DNA of 64,000 bases, from contig CBDBFU010000012.1 in the NCBI GenBank assembly GCA_965205025.1, positions 64,001 through 128,000 on the forward strand, in the 5' to 3' direction. The stretch is from Candidatus Poribacteria bacterium (GTDB lineage Bacteria > Poribacteria > WGA-4E > WGA-3G). The notes below the pieces were generated by a model. The model did no database searches. It was not told the origin of the DNA and saw only the letters and a program-made list of their open reading frames with translations. Shown piece after piece: positions 1 to 10,389 of this stretch. Both the position numbers and the translations under genes were made by a program. How positions within the stretch are numbered: the stretch's first letter is position 1; each line of letters opens with the position of its first letter.

Positions 1-1312
1 ATGGAATTTCCGATCTTTCCATGAATGTCTCACCAAGGTGATAATATGAAAATGTCTGACCAGTGTTGCACTCCGAGAGTAATGTTCCATCCTGATTATT
101 CGTAGCATCTTCACAGACTCGCTTGAGACGTGTAGCTAAAATCTCACGTGATACCTTCGGTTCTAGTTCCACTAAAATGAATTGACGATTTCCATTGTCT
201 TCTTGATTTTGAGCAATAACAGCCTGCCCAGTTGTTCCACTGCCTGCGAAAGAATCTAAGACAATTGAATCAGGATCTGTGGTTAATAAAATCAAACGTT
301 TTATTAGTTGTAGAGGTTTGCTATTGTCAAAAACCTTTTTGCCAAAAATAGCTTTTTGCTCATTTGTAGCATCGGTTGTAGTTGCAAGATCATAATATAT
401 ACTACGTTCTTTAAGAACTTTGGCTTTGTCTCGGTTTTCATCAAAATAAATCACTTCGTATGGAGTCCAACGTCCTTTTCTTTTTTTCCATTGAATATGA
501 TCTTGATCTAAAGCAGTTGGACGAGTTCTCCAATTTCCTTCATTTCCGTCAGGAGCTTGCGGAAAAAAAGCGTTCCCATCTGGATCTTCAATTGGATAAA
601 ACATCGTCGGTCTATCCTCCCTATATGCATTAGATCCCCATTTTTCAAGTTTCACGAATTTACATTTTCTTCCATTCTTAACTTTAGGATATTCTGCGGA
701 AGTTCTCTTCTCTGTCCTAAACTTCATAGTAAAAGCATCACTTTTGCGATAACAAAGGATGTATTCATGCTCTCTTGCATAATACTCTGAATCTTGTCCA
801 CCTCCTGTTTTTTTCCTCCAGATGAGATTAGCGACAAAATTCGTCTCACCAAATATTTCATTCATTACTAAACGTAGATTTGGTTGTTCATTGTCGTCAA
901 GTGTAATAAAAATTACACCGTCTTTACGGAGGAATTGATAGAGTAGACATAGTCTCGGGTACATCATACATAACCATTTATCATGTCGTGAAAGATCTGC
1001 TGCCAACCCTCCAATTGTTTTTCCAAGCCATTTCTGGATAGTAGGATTGTTAACATTATCGTTATATACCCAATTTTCGTTCCCAGTGTTGTAAGGTGGA
1101 TCAATGATAATACATTTTACTTTACCGGCATAATACGGAAGGAGTGCTTTGAGTGCTATAAGGTTGTCACCTTCAACGAGAAGATTGCCTGTACCAAGTG
1201 GTTCATTATTGTAACCAAAAGACCGACCATGATCAAGTGTGAGAGAATGAATTGGCACTTCATCATGGTGATTGATAACTGCTTCTTTCCCAATCCAGTC
1301 TAAGGTAGGCAT
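1..1312 (-). CDS. mod: Type III restriction-modification methyltransferase (Mod); 3' end runs off the window
   Basis: Manual translation from ATG at 1312: MPTLDWIGKEAVINHH..., NLLVEGDNL, catalytic IIIDPPYNTG, HDKWLCMMYPRL and SAM-binding LDSFAGSGTTG. Absent from the ORF track because it is truncated. Confidence 0.92.
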   Translation of the reverse strand, partial: MPTLDWIGKEAVINHHDEVPIHSLTLDHGRSFGYNNEPLGTGNLLVEGDNLIALKALLPYYAGKVKCIIIDPPYNTGNENWVYNDNVNNPTIQKWLGKTIGGLAADLSRHDKWLCMMYPRLCLLYQFLRKDGVIFITLDDNEQPNLRLVMNEIFGETNFVANLIWRKKTGGGQDSEYYAREHEYILCYRKSDAFTMKFRTEKRTSAEYPKVKNGRKCKFVKLEKWGSNAYREDRPTMFYPIEDPDGNAFFPQAPDGNEGNWRTRPTALDQDHIQWKKRKGRWTPYEVIYFDENRDKAKVLKERSIYYDLATTTDATNEQKAIFGKKVFDNSKPLQLIKRLILLTTDPDSIVLDSFAGSGTTGQAVIAQNQEDNGNRQFILVELEPKVSREILATRLKRVCEDATNNQDGTLLSECNTGQTFSYYHLGETFMERSEIP

Positions 1313-1781
1313 ATAGTTAGTATCCTGTAAAATGTAGTAAGATTGGTGTTAAGATATAAGTCTATATCACAAAGTTATGTATTCAGCTTGAGTATTTCTT
1401 GAAATCTCATATCTTAGGTCGTGGTTGCATTCAATCAATGTAAATACTAAAGATGTTAATATAGTGATTGATACTAGTACTTACATTAAAAATAAACTCT
1501 TATCTCATACGTAGGTATGGTGAGTGTTAATCTAAAAGAGGTTATAGCCACCCTTTTTAAACTCATCCAGTTAGTATTTTTTCATTGGATCAACATAATC
1601 AATGGCTCTTTCAAGATGATTATATCGTATTAATCTTGAATGTGTCAGCATCCATCTTGCCCTTATTATAAGGTTAACTCTGATTCTCTATTACATATAG
1701 TATACCATAAAATGACATTGAATTATGAATAATAGAAATGGAAAGGATGAAAATAACACTATATATCGAATGGTATGAGTA

Positions 1782-3287
1782 TTAAGTTAAATCCGTTACT
1801 GCTCTTTGAAGTCTTTTCAAAACTTCATCTTTTCCGAGCAACACGACAATATCAAACAAACTTGGACCAAAGGAGAGTCCAGTCAATGCAATTCGCATTG
1901 ATTGCATGGCTGCAACACGTTTAATTTCGTTCTCATCTGTATATTTCCAGACTAAAGATTCAATAGTTTCCAAATCAAAATCACGAATATCTGCTAAAAT
2001 CTGTGATAGATTGATTAGGATCTCACATGTCTTTTGTTTCTTTTCATCTGAGTTTCCCCACCATTTCTTTGTAGCCTTTGAATCATATTCAAAATCATCA
2101 GTAAAGAAGTAGCTTGTTTGAAGAAGAATATCTTTAAATGTGTTAAGACGTTCACCGACTGCTGCTACGATCTTTTCAAGTTTTTCTCTATCTTCTATAG
2201 AATCAATTAGACCTTCTGCCTGCCAATAAGGAATAACAGCATCAGTGCGTGTTGGGACATCAAGTTGGTTGATATAGTGTGAGTTAAGCCATTCTAATTT
2301 TTTCATATCAAACACGCTTCCACTTTTCCCTACACGTGCAAGATCGAACTTATCAATAAGATCCTCAACAGAAAAAATCTCCTGTTTATCATCATAAGAC
2401 CAACCGAGTCTTGCCACAAAGTTTAACATCGCCTCCGGAAGATATCCTTGTTCTCGATAACGGTTAACAGCCACCAAATCACCATGATGTCTTTTACTTA
2501 GTTTCCTACCTGTATCATCAAGAACTAAAGGGATGTGGGCAAATTTTGGGAGTGAGAGACCGAGAGCATTCGCAATTGCAATCTGTTTTGGAGTGTTGTT
2601 GAGATGTTCTGTCCCACGTATCACGTGTGTAATCTGCATTTCCACATCGTCAATAATGGATGTAAGATTGTAGTTCGGCATACCATTTGAACGAACAATC
2701 ACTTCATCCTCAAGAGTAGCAGGATCTATACTCCGTGAGCCAAGTATTAGGTCATCAACAAGGATAGGGGTTTCAGGCATTTTAATCCGTACTGTAGGTT
2801 TTCTACCATCAGCAATATGTTTTTCTACTGCTTCTGATGATAGTTCCCTACATCGACCATCATAGGAACGGGTTGATTTTGCTTCACGTGCTTCAGTACG
2901 TATCTCTTCTAATTCTTCTGGTGTACAATAGCAATGATATGCATGTTTAGACGCAAGAAGTTCCTGTACATATCTATCGTAAACATCCTTTCGTTCAGAT
3001 TGTAGGTAAGGTCCGTAGGGTCCGTCCTTTTCTCCACCTTCATCCCAATCCAATCCTAACCATTGCAAAGCCTCATAAATCTCATGCATAGATTCATCGG
3101 TAGATCTTGCAGTATCGGTGTCATCAATTCGTAGTATAAACTTACCCTGATTGTGTTTAGCAAACAACCAATTGAACAAGGCAGTTCTCGCACCCCCAAT
3201 ATGTAAAAATCCAGTAGGGGATGGTGCCATTCGAACTCTTACTTCACCATTTACAGATGAGTTAGTATTATTTGCAGTATTATCCAT
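1782..3287 (-). CDS. gltX: Glutamate--tRNA ligase
   Basis: RMAPSPTGFLHIGG (HIGH), LRIDDTD, HVIRG, KLSKR (KMSKS). Start taken at MDNTANN, 1 nt after the glnS stop. Confidence 0.97.
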   Translation of the reverse strand: MDNTANNTNSSVNGEVRVRMAPSPTGFLHIGGARTALFNWLFAKHNQGKFILRIDDTDTARSTDESMHEIYEALQWLGLDWDEGGEKDGPYGPYLQSERKDVYDRYVQELLASKHAYHCYCTPEELEEIRTEAREAKSTRSYDGRCRELSSEAVEKHIADGRKPTVRIKMPETPILVDDLILGSRSIDPATLEDEVIVRSNGMPNYNLTSIIDDVEMQITHVIRGTEHLNNTPKQIAIANALGLSLPKFAHIPLVLDDTGRKLSKRHHGDLVAVNRYREQGYLPEAMLNFVARLGWSYDDKQEIFSVEDLIDKFDLARVGKSGSVFDMKKLEWLNSHYINQLDVPTRTDAVIPYWQAEGLIDSIEDREKLEKIVAAVGERLNTFKDILLQTSYFFTDDFEYDSKATKKWWGNSDEKKQKTCEILINLSQILADIRDFDLETIESLVWKYTDENEIKRVAAMQSMRIALTGLSFGPSLFDIVVLLGKDEVLKRLQRAVTDLT

Positions 3288-3288
3288 T

Positions 3289-5025
3289 CTATCCTTTTTG
3301 CATTTTTGCCCAACTATCACGAAGAGGAACTGTCCGATTGAAAACCAGTTTATCCGGTGTTGAGTCCGAATCTACACAAAAATAACCGGTCCGTAGAAAC
3401 TGATATCGACTTTCTGTTTCAGCATCTAATAAACTTGGTTCAACCTTGCAATTTTCCAAGATTTCTAAAGAGTTTGGATTAAGAAATTGTATCCAATCGG
3501 TTCCCTCAACAGCATTCTCTGGTTCACGTTCAGTAAAGAGGGTATCGTATAATCGAACTTCAGCATCAATGGCTTGTTCCGCTGAAACCCAGTGTAAGGT
3601 TCCTTGTACACGACGTCCATCATCTGACCAACCACCCCTTGTATCTGGATCATAAGTACAATGTATTTCTACAATTTCTCCAGTTTGATCATCCTTAATG
3701 ACATTCTCACAAGTTATGTAGTAGGCGTGTTTTAGACGAACTTCTCTCCCTGGGGCTAACCGATAGAATTTTCGTGGCGGATCCTCCATGAAATCATCTC
3801 TTTCAATATATATTTCTCTTGAAAATGGGATTTCTCTTCTACCAGCACTTTCATCTTCAGGATTATTCTCAGCATCAAGCATTTCAACTTCGTCTTCTGG
3901 ATAGTTATCAATAATAACTTTAACAGGATTAAGAACTGCCATTACCCGTGGCGCGCGTATGTTTAAGTCATTTCGTATTGAATACTCAAGTTGTCCTAAC
4001 TCAATCAGATTATCAGCTTTTGATACACCTATACGATTACAGAAATCTCTAATAGCTTCAGGTGTATACCCCCTACGACGCATCCCCGCAAGAGTAGGGA
4101 GTCTTGGATCATCCCAACCGATAACATGTCCTTCTTCAACAAGAATTTTCAGCTTTCGTTTTCCAAGTACAGTATAAGTAAGATTTAAACGAGCGAATTC
4201 AATTTGTCTGGGTTGATAAATCTCTAATGATTCTAAAAACCAATCGTATAAGGGACGATGATCCTCAAATTGAACATCACAAAGTGAATGTGTAACACCT
4301 TCTATTGAATCTGATTGTCCATGCGTGAAGTCGTAGGTAGGATATATACACCAATTGTCCCCATGTCGGTAATGATGTGATCGAAGGACACGATACATGA
4401 CAGGATCGCGCATATTTAGATTGGGACTTGACATATCTATTTTCGCTCGAAGTGTGCGTGAACCATCAGGAAATTCACCATTACGCATCCCTTGAAAAAG
4501 CCTAAGATTTTCCTCTGTACTTCGGTTTCGATAAGGACTTTCCTTACCAGGGGTCACTAATGTACCACGATACGTTCTCATCTCCTCAGATGTAAGATCG
4601 CAAACAAAGGCTTTACCTTTTTCTATCAATTTCGTCGCATATTCATAGAGCGTCTCAAAATAATCGGAGGCATAAAACTCCCGTTCTTTCCAATCGAATC
4701 CGAGCCAATAGACATCTCTCTTAATCGCCTCTACATATTCGCTCTCTTCTGTAATTGGATTGCTATCATCAAATCTTAAATTATAGAGACCCTTATAGTC
4801 TTCTGCAATTCCGAAACTAATACAGATGGCTTTTGCATGTCCTATATGTAGGTATCCACTGGGTTCAGGGGGGAATCGTGTATGAACCCTACCCTCAAAT
4901 CTATTATTTGTAATATCTTCATCAATGGCTTGTCGGATAAAATTAGTTTGGGAAGAATTATTGGAATTTTCTTGGTTGGTATCTTGCCTTTTTGAACTTT
5001 TCAAATTAGAATTAGACGACTTCAT
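3289..5025 (-). CDS. glnS: Glutamine--tRNA ligase
   Basis: [66 protein letters not shown] precedes ATG 5025. Confidence 0.97.
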   Translation of the reverse strand: MKSSNSNLKSSKRQDTNQENSNNSSQTNFIRQAIDEDITNNRFEGRVHTRFPPEPSGYLHIGHAKAICISFGIAEDYKGLYNLRFDDSNPITEESEYVEAIKRDVYWLGFDWKEREFYASDYFETLYEYATKLIEKGKAFVCDLTSEEMRTYRGTLVTPGKESPYRNRSTEENLRLFQGMRNGEFPDGSRTLRAKIDMSSPNLNMRDPVMYRVLRSHHYRHGDNWCIYPTYDFTHGQSDSIEGVTHSLCDVQFEDHRPLYDWFLESLEIYQPRQIEFARLNLTYTVLGKRKLKILVEEGHVIGWDDPRLPTLAGMRRRGYTPEAIRDFCNRIGVSKADNLIELGQLEYSIRNDLNIRAPRVMAVLNPVKVIIDNYPEDEVEMLDAENNPEDESAGRREIPFSREIYIERDDFMEDPPRKFYRLAPGREVRLKHAYYITCENVIKDDQTGEIVEIHCTYDPDTRGGWSDDGRRVQGTLHWVSAEQAIDAEVRLYDTLFTEREPENAVEGTDWIQFLNPNSLEILENCKVEPSLLDAETESRYQFLRTGYFCVDSDSTPDKLVFNRTVPLRDSWAKMQKG

Positions 5026-5148
5026 GCACACCTCCTCAATCAAAATATATTATACTTTTAAAATGTAATAATGTCAAAAATATCAAGAAGCAGGGGGTGT
5101 GTAAAGTTTTTGTCACCATAGGTATTAATTTATTCAGTAGTCTCTTCT

Positions 5149-5392
5149 GTAGAAGGGAACTCCGATTCCCGACTCTTCTCTTCCTCTTCGTAGGGGCGGG
5201 GTCTACCCGCCAGATATTTGTATCGCAATCTTCATGAGGATTAAGTTTTAAATTCGGTAATTCCCATTTTCCCAAACTCGGTAGGTTCGGTTTCCTAACC
5301 GAACCGAATTTCTAACACATTACCGAATTATTATTTTAATCTTCATCCAGATTGCGTCTTGCGGTATAGCACAAACTAACAGATTATGCTAC
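5149..5392. repeat. Cluster of GTAG-type REP-like hairpins
   Basis: gtagaagggaactccgattcccgac (5149), gtaggggcggggtctacccgcc (5190), gtaggttcggtttcctaaccgaacc (5281) and tagcacaaactaacagattatgctac (5367). Relatives recur at 5585, 9311, 11171, 11365, 13925 and 13996. Confidence 0.8.
5234..5346. mobile_element. MITE-like wrapper type B, copy 1
   Basis: Ends ATGAGGATTAA...TTAATCTTCAT, inner IR ttcggtaat...attaccgaa and a central GTAG hairpin. Second copy at 11318-11420. Confidence 0.7.
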
Positions 5393-5543
5393 AAAATAGA
5401 CACATATAGTGACAAATTATTTACATACCCAGAAGCATGTAGAGTCCATTATCTAACTGTTGATAGAGATTATGATATTCATCTCATGGACTACTATCTT
5501 GAATTTGTTGATGGGATTATAGATGTAAATTTGTATGTAACTA

Positions 5544-5814
5544 TAGGCGTCAATTTAAGAGAAAAAACATTGTATCCCTGACCGGTAGGTGCGGTTTCCC
5601 AACCGCACTATAGGCGTCAATTCAAGAGAAAAAACATCGTATCCCTGACCGGTAGGTGCGGTTTCCCGGGGAATGCCTAATGGCATTCATACCGTTGATT
5701 CACCGCACCGAATTTGTGCCAAACCTTTGATTGAAAGCCTTCGTGTATAATCCGCTTCGGTTAGGAAACCGAAGCTACCGTTCCTGGATATGTACTAAAC
5801 TAAATTGACGCCTA
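5544..5814. mobile_element. MITE-like wrapper type A (REPIN inside TIRs), copy 1
   Basis: TIR TAGGCGTCAATTTA...TAAATTGACGCCTA. The left 67 bp are tandemly duplicated, and it holds two inverted REP hairpins plus a 35-bp insert. Near-identical to 9271-9435. Confidence 0.85.
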
Positions 5815-5899
5815 TGGTGTAAATTTATATGTAACTTTCTATTCTACCTATACGTTAAATCGATATGATGAGGAAACCTTAATATTGGGAGTGTATAGT

Positions 5900-6103
5900 A
5901 TGTATACCGACGCTGAAGCAAAAACCGTTGATACAGAATTAAAGCAGGAAAAGAATTTAGATTACTATGAATTTGCGTTGTATTTTGCAGCTATAAAAGC
6001 TAAGGACGAGGAATTCCGGTGGGAACAATTCATTGATAACCTTTCATATATATGTGATCAATTTGCAACTCATATTGAAGTCAATAAACGTGTCAATCAA
6101 TGA
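5900..6103 (+). CDS. Small hypothetical protein (67 aa)
   Basis: GGAG RBS before ATG 5900, protein-like composition, followed by a strong hairpin terminator. Confidence 0.6.
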   Translation: MYTDAEAKTVDTELKQEKNLDYYEFALYFAAIKAKDEEFRWEQFIDNLSYICDQFATHIEVNKRVNQ

Positions 6104-6140
6104 TTAAAAAAATATAATATAATTACGGAATTTTTGATGT

Positions 6141-6180
6141 AAATAGAAAGGGTAGGTTAATAACCTACCCTTTCTATTTT
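6141..6180. terminator. Bidirectional intrinsic terminator
   Basis: Long perfect hairpin aaatagaaagggtaggtta-a-taacctaccctttctattt between convergent genes. Confidence 0.85.
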
Positions 6181-6193
6181 ATAATCCACTTTA

Positions 6194-7438
6194 TTATAAT
6201 ATTTCACTCAATTTTGGATGATTTTTAAAGATATTAACGAGATTATTGGCTAACTTTTCAGGATCATGTCGGATAACATTCATCTGTCCACCACCTAACC
6301 ATGTTCCATATTCTGTTACTACCATATCTCGAATTAAATCTGCTTCAACAACTGTAATCCCATCCTCTTCAAGTCTTTCAACTTCTCTGTTATATGAAAC
6401 TTGGACTTTCGATGCGTCGGCAACCTGCATAGTTTCAGCAGAAAGACCGGATATATCTTTGGCTAAGTTTAACACTTCTACTAAATGCTCAGTATCTTCA
6501 GCAAGCATTGATAAACCTTCATCGGATAAAGATTTAATCCTTGTTAACTGAGATACCAATTCCTTCCGTACATATTCCTGCATAATTTCTTTAGGTGCAG
6601 GTTGATTATTAACCAATACATAATCAATTGGAATCTTGGCATGGTCAAGTATAGCATCCACATGATCAGTTACTGCATATCCATCGGTTTCACCAGGTTG
6701 TGTCATTACATTACAGACATATATCTTCAATGCCGGGGAACGTTGTATTGTTTCAACGATACCTTTTATAACCAAATTTGGCATAATACTTGTATAAAGA
6801 CTACCTGGACCAATGATAATTGCATCCGCGTTAACAAGTGCATCAATTGCAGTTTCGTGTGCTTGACACTCATACACCTCTTCCGAAGTGTGATGGATTT
6901 TTCCATTTTCTCGTGGTTCAAAAAATACACGTTTAATTGGTTCTCGATTTTCTCGTATAGGTATTGTTGATTCACCTTTAACAATATCTCCATCTGCAAG
7001 TTCAGCACACAAAACTGTATAATCCAAAGTAACAGGTATAATTTGCCCTCGAACCGATAGAAGTCGTGAAGCAGCTTGTATTGCCTTTGGAAAATTACCC
7101 CTAAATTTTTCTGTTAATGCAGTTAACAACAGATTACCAATGGTATGTCCACCAAGGTCCCCATTACTGGAAAATCGGTATTCAAAGAGACCCGCGAGTT
7201 CATCTGCATCAGAAAGCGTACACAATAATCTACGAATATCTCCAGGAGGTAGGACATCAAACTCCTCAACAAGTCGTCCCGAACTTCCCCCATCGTCAGA
7301 TACAGTAACTATTGCAGACAGGCTATCTAAATCAATGATGTTACCACTATCTGTTTCGAGGTCCGCGAAGTATTTTATCCCGCTGAGTAACGCGGAGAGT
7401 CCACTTCCTCCACCGATACAGGTAATTTTCAATGACAT
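6194..7438 (-). CDS. yvcK: YvcK/GlmR (CofD-like) UDP-GlcNAc-binding gluconeogenesis factor
   Basis: IGGGSGLS, VTVSDDGGSSG, PPGDIR, GPGSLYTSIMPNL, NVMTQPGET, RHDPEKLA. Confidence 0.92.
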   Translation of the reverse strand: MSLKITCIGGGSGLSALLSGIKYFADLETDSGNIIDLDSLSAIVTVSDDGGSSGRLVEEFDVLPPGDIRRLLCTLSDADELAGLFEYRFSSNGDLGGHTIGNLLLTALTEKFRGNFPKAIQAASRLLSVRGQIIPVTLDYTVLCAELADGDIVKGESTIPIRENREPIKRVFFEPRENGKIHHTSEEVYECQAHETAIDALVNADAIIIGPGSLYTSIMPNLVIKGIVETIQRSPALKIYVCNVMTQPGETDGYAVTDHVDAILDHAKIPIDYVLVNNQPAPKEIMQEYVRKELVSQLTRIKSLSDEGLSMLAEDTEHLVEVLNLAKDISGLSAETMQVADASKVQVSYNREVERLEEDGITVVEADLIRDMVVTEYGTWLGGGQMNVIRHDPEKLANNLVNIFKNHPKLSEIL

Positions 7439-7595
7439 AATTACTCCAAACTATACCAAATTGGTTCTTAGTTATTATTGTTACATGTATTGTTATATTT
7501 TTACTATAGTTACGACTTGTGCTAAATGACTATTTGTAATACGCTATTTTACAATAATTGAATTTTGTTAATATATTCTGTTATTGTTTGTAACA

Positions 7596-7679
7596 CTCTT
7601 GAGTCCCGTAGGGACGGAATGTCTATAGAAAAACTATTACACCCATCTCTTGAGTCCCGTAGGGACGGAATGTTTATAG
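7596..7679. repeat. Tandem pair of REP-like repeats (51-bp period)
   Basis: ctcttgagtcccgtagggacggaatgt(c/t)tatag occurs twice, with the internal hairpin gtccc-gta-gggac. Confidence 0.8.
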
Positions 7680-7827
7680 TATAAAATTTATTCGTGAAAA
7701 CAAAATGGATAAATAGTTAACTGGCACAAGTCATTATAGTTTGTCCTGTTTAACACTCAGTCATGTTATATTTTAAGGACGATGTATTTTGAATGGTATC
7801 CATTATCTATTGTGACAAATTACGGAG

Positions 7828-9228
7828 TTAAAGGTTTATCTGTTTCATTAACGTGCTAAGACATTCAAGTGTTTCGTCACATAAGGTTTCTGCTTCTTCA
7901 GTAGTTGGGGCTTCGCTGAAAACTCGAATAACAGGTTCTGTACCAGACTTTCGAATGTTAACCCACCTGTCATCCCATACACGTTTGATGCCATCTGTCA
8001 AATCCAGCCTTAGAGAGGAATTTTGGGAAGAGCTCGTTTCGTCCTTATATTTTTTCATTGCCATATTAACAAGTTGTGTAGCAGCCTCTTGTGATGGGAT
8101 CTCAAACTTTTTTCTGCACATCTCGTATTTCGGTATATTATCAATAAGACCTGAGATACTTTGTTTTGAATCTACAAGATACTGAAGAATTGCTGCAATT
8201 GATGTTATCCCATCAGTTGTATAATTTATGGATGGATAAATAACTCCACCAGTGCCTTCCCCTCCAAGTACAGCATCTACCTCATTCATTTTTTCAACTA
8301 CCCAACCTACACCAACTTTGGTTCTATGTAAGACCACACCATGCTTTTCAGCAATGTCGTCCAACATTCTACTTGTAGATACAGTAGCTACAATATCACC
8401 TGTCGTTCTACTTAATATAAAATCTGAAACAAAAGTATAGGTCCATTCCCCACTCAATGGAATACCCTTATCTGTTACAATTACGAGTCTATCTGCATCA
8501 CCGTCATGAGCAAATCCAATATCTGCATTTGAATCACGTACAATCTTGCATAGTTCAGATATGGCTTCAGGTGTAGGTTCCGCAGGTCGTTTGAAATTAC
8601 CATCTGGAACACAGTTTAATTCTTCCACATCACAACCGAGTTCTTGCAGCAGTAGTGGACTAATTACACTCCCCGCGCCGTTACCACAATCTAATACCAC
8701 TTTGAAATTCCTTCCTCGAATTGAATCAACATCGATCCATTTCGTATTAAGAATTTGCTTTAAATGAATAAAGTTTGCATCCTTGTTTTCTTCGTATGTC
8801 CCAAGTTGGTTCCAGGCAGATAAGTTATATGACTCTGTCTCATAAATATGGAGAAGTCTTTCTCGTTCTGCTTGATTTAACAATCTTCCAGATTCTGAAG
8901 CAAATTCAATACCATTCCATTCTACCGGATTATGACTTGCTGTGATAGTAATACTTCCCTGAGCATCAAGTACTTTCGACATTAATAGTATCGTTGGTGT
9001 GGAGCATAAACCAACATCAATAACATGACATCCCGTAGCTAAGAGACCAGTTAATACAGCATGCCGTAGCAATGGACTTGAAGTTCGAGAATCACGTCCA
9101 ATTACGACAGTCTTACCTTCAACAAATGTACCAAAAGCTAAACTGAATTTGGTAATAGTTTGTGGGTCAAGTGATTCAGCTACTTTTCCACGAACTCCTG
9201 AGACACTGATGATTGGTTCTGAAGACAT
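7828..9228 (-). CDS. Phosphoglucosamine mutase / phosphomannomutase family
   Basis: SVSGVRG, catalytic TASHNP, metal loop HDGDADR, GGEGTGG, RKSGTEPVIR. Confidence 0.92.
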   Translation of the reverse strand: MSSEPIISVSGVRGKVAESLDPQTITKFSLAFGTFVEGKTVVIGRDSRTSSPLLRHAVLTGLLATGCHVIDVGLCSTPTILLMSKVLDAQGSITITASHNPVEWNGIEFASESGRLLNQAERERLLHIYETESYNLSAWNQLGTYEENKDANFIHLKQILNTKWIDVDSIRGRNFKVVLDCGNGAGSVISPLLLQELGCDVEELNCVPDGNFKRPAEPTPEAISELCKIVRDSNADIGFAHDGDADRLVIVTDKGIPLSGEWTYTFVSDFILSRTTGDIVATVSTSRMLDDIAEKHGVVLHRTKVGVGWVVEKMNEVDAVLGGEGTGGVIYPSINYTTDGITSIAAILQYLVDSKQSISGLIDNIPKYEMCRKKFEIPSQEAATQLVNMAMKKYKDETSSSQNSSLRLDLTDGIKRVWDDRWVNIRKSGTEPVIRVFSEAPTTEEAETLCDETLECLSTLMKQINL

Positions 9229-9270
9229 AAATTTTCTATTCTCTATATGGTTATTAGTTGAACTGAGACA

Positions 9271-9435
9271 TTAGCGTCAATTTAAGAAAAAAATGTTATA
9301 TCCCTGACCGGTAGGTGCGGTTTCCCAACCGCACCGAATTTGTGCCAAACCTTTGATTGAAAGCCTTCGTGTATAATCCGCTTCGGTTAGGAAACCGAAG
9401 CTACCGTTCCTGGATATGCGCTAAATTGACGCCTA
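9271..9435. mobile_element. MITE-like wrapper type A, copy 2
   Basis: ttagcgtcaatttaa...taaattgacgccta, flanked by the exact 23-bp direct repeat tatggttattagttgaactgaga (9246-9268 and 9434-9456). Confidence 0.85.
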
Positions 9436-9472
9436 TGGTTATTAGTTGAACTGAGATAATTTGTTATTCTTA

Positions 9473-9618
9473 TACCATTTCTATTTAAATAGTTCACATT
9501 ACGATCACTCTTAGTAGTCCCCTGATAAGGGGCGGGGAATGCCCTAAGGCGTTCATACCGTTGATTCTTTAGGGGGTTTCTTCAAATAGTAATGAACAAT
9601 GTTCATTTAAAAATGGTA
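9473..9618. mobile_element. MITE-like wrapper type C carrying a cccctgataagggg-type repeat with a 35-bp insert
   Basis: Ends TACCATTT...AAATGGTA. The right end overlaps the last codons and stop of the 9603-10382 gene. Confidence 0.65.
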
Positions 9619-10382
9619 CTACATATACGCCATGTCCATAGGAAGCAGCCACATCCTATAACTATAAACCAAAAACTGATTATATACCAAGACGGGTATG
9701 AAAAATCATAAGATGTGATCGGTGTCAATTCATAAAGCAGCGGAGTTCGGAATATATCTATCCCATCATAAATATGGCATATTGCTATTATTGGATTCAG
9801 ATGCAGTATTGGTTGTATGAACTGTTGTATACTGTGGATATATCTATCTAATGGCATCAATAAGAAAGGACTTCCTATCAAGACACTTAAAATTAGATAA
9901 GTGCATTCTGTGCCAAATATGTCATCACGAAGTATTCGCGCACTCCACATTCCCAATGCACCCATAACAAGACAATATACACCTAATACAATCATCATTA
10001 ATAATAATTTACCAGGTGGACTATTTGAATAGAAAAGTGAGAATGCTGTTGATAAAAAAATCCAAATTAAGATAGGTATCTGGTTAACATATAATTTCTC
10101 TAACAGTAGATTTCTAACTCTGAGATTATTTTGAAAGAATGAATCTGAAGATAAAACTGAAATGAATTGTGATCGTATGGATATTGCACCCAAATATGGA
10201 GCGACAATCAGGACAACAAATGTCTGTGCAATAGCATAGCATTCTGCTTTTGAACCCAATTTGGCTAATATTAATAATTCAAAGATGATCCATTGTAAGA
10301 AACACGCAATTCCAATACATATCAATACTTGCTTAATTATGTCTTGTTTCTTATAGGAAAAATAACCCATTGTTGAATCCAC
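9603..10382 (-). CDS. Integral membrane protein, possibly ABC-2-type permease-like
   Basis: About 6 hydrophobic segments and an HLNPIIA motif, directly downstream of the HEAT/TPR gene. Confidence 0.65.
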   Translation of the reverse strand: MDSTMGYFSYKKQDIIKQVLICIGIACFLQWIIFELLILAKLGSKAECYAIAQTFVVLIVAPYLGAISIRSQFISVLSSDSFFQNNLRVRNLLLEKLYVNQIPILIWIFLSTAFSLFYSNSPPGKLLLMMIVLGVYCLVMGALGMWSARILRDDIFGTECTYLILSVLIGSPFLLMPLDRYIHSIQQFIQPILHLNPIIAICHIYDGIDIFRTPLLYELTPITSYDFSYPSWYIISFWFIVIGCGCFLWTWRICSTIFK

Positions 10383-10389
10383 GAATTCT

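Noticed and set aside
1500-1700. Possible small gene remnant between gltX and mod
   Set aside because: Only short interrupted frames, with no motif or RBS support.
5036-5275. 79-aa ORF upstream of glnS
   Set aside because: It is a translation of REP repeats, with no RBS or protein-like features.
5544-5700. 67-bp tandem repeat as CRISPR
   Set aside because: The whole unit is duplicated with no unique spacer; it is the left end of wrapper A.
7596-7679. Two 33-bp repeats with a spacer, as a mini CRISPR array
   Set aside because: Only two units, an 18-nt spacer, no cas genes, and a REP-like hairpin.
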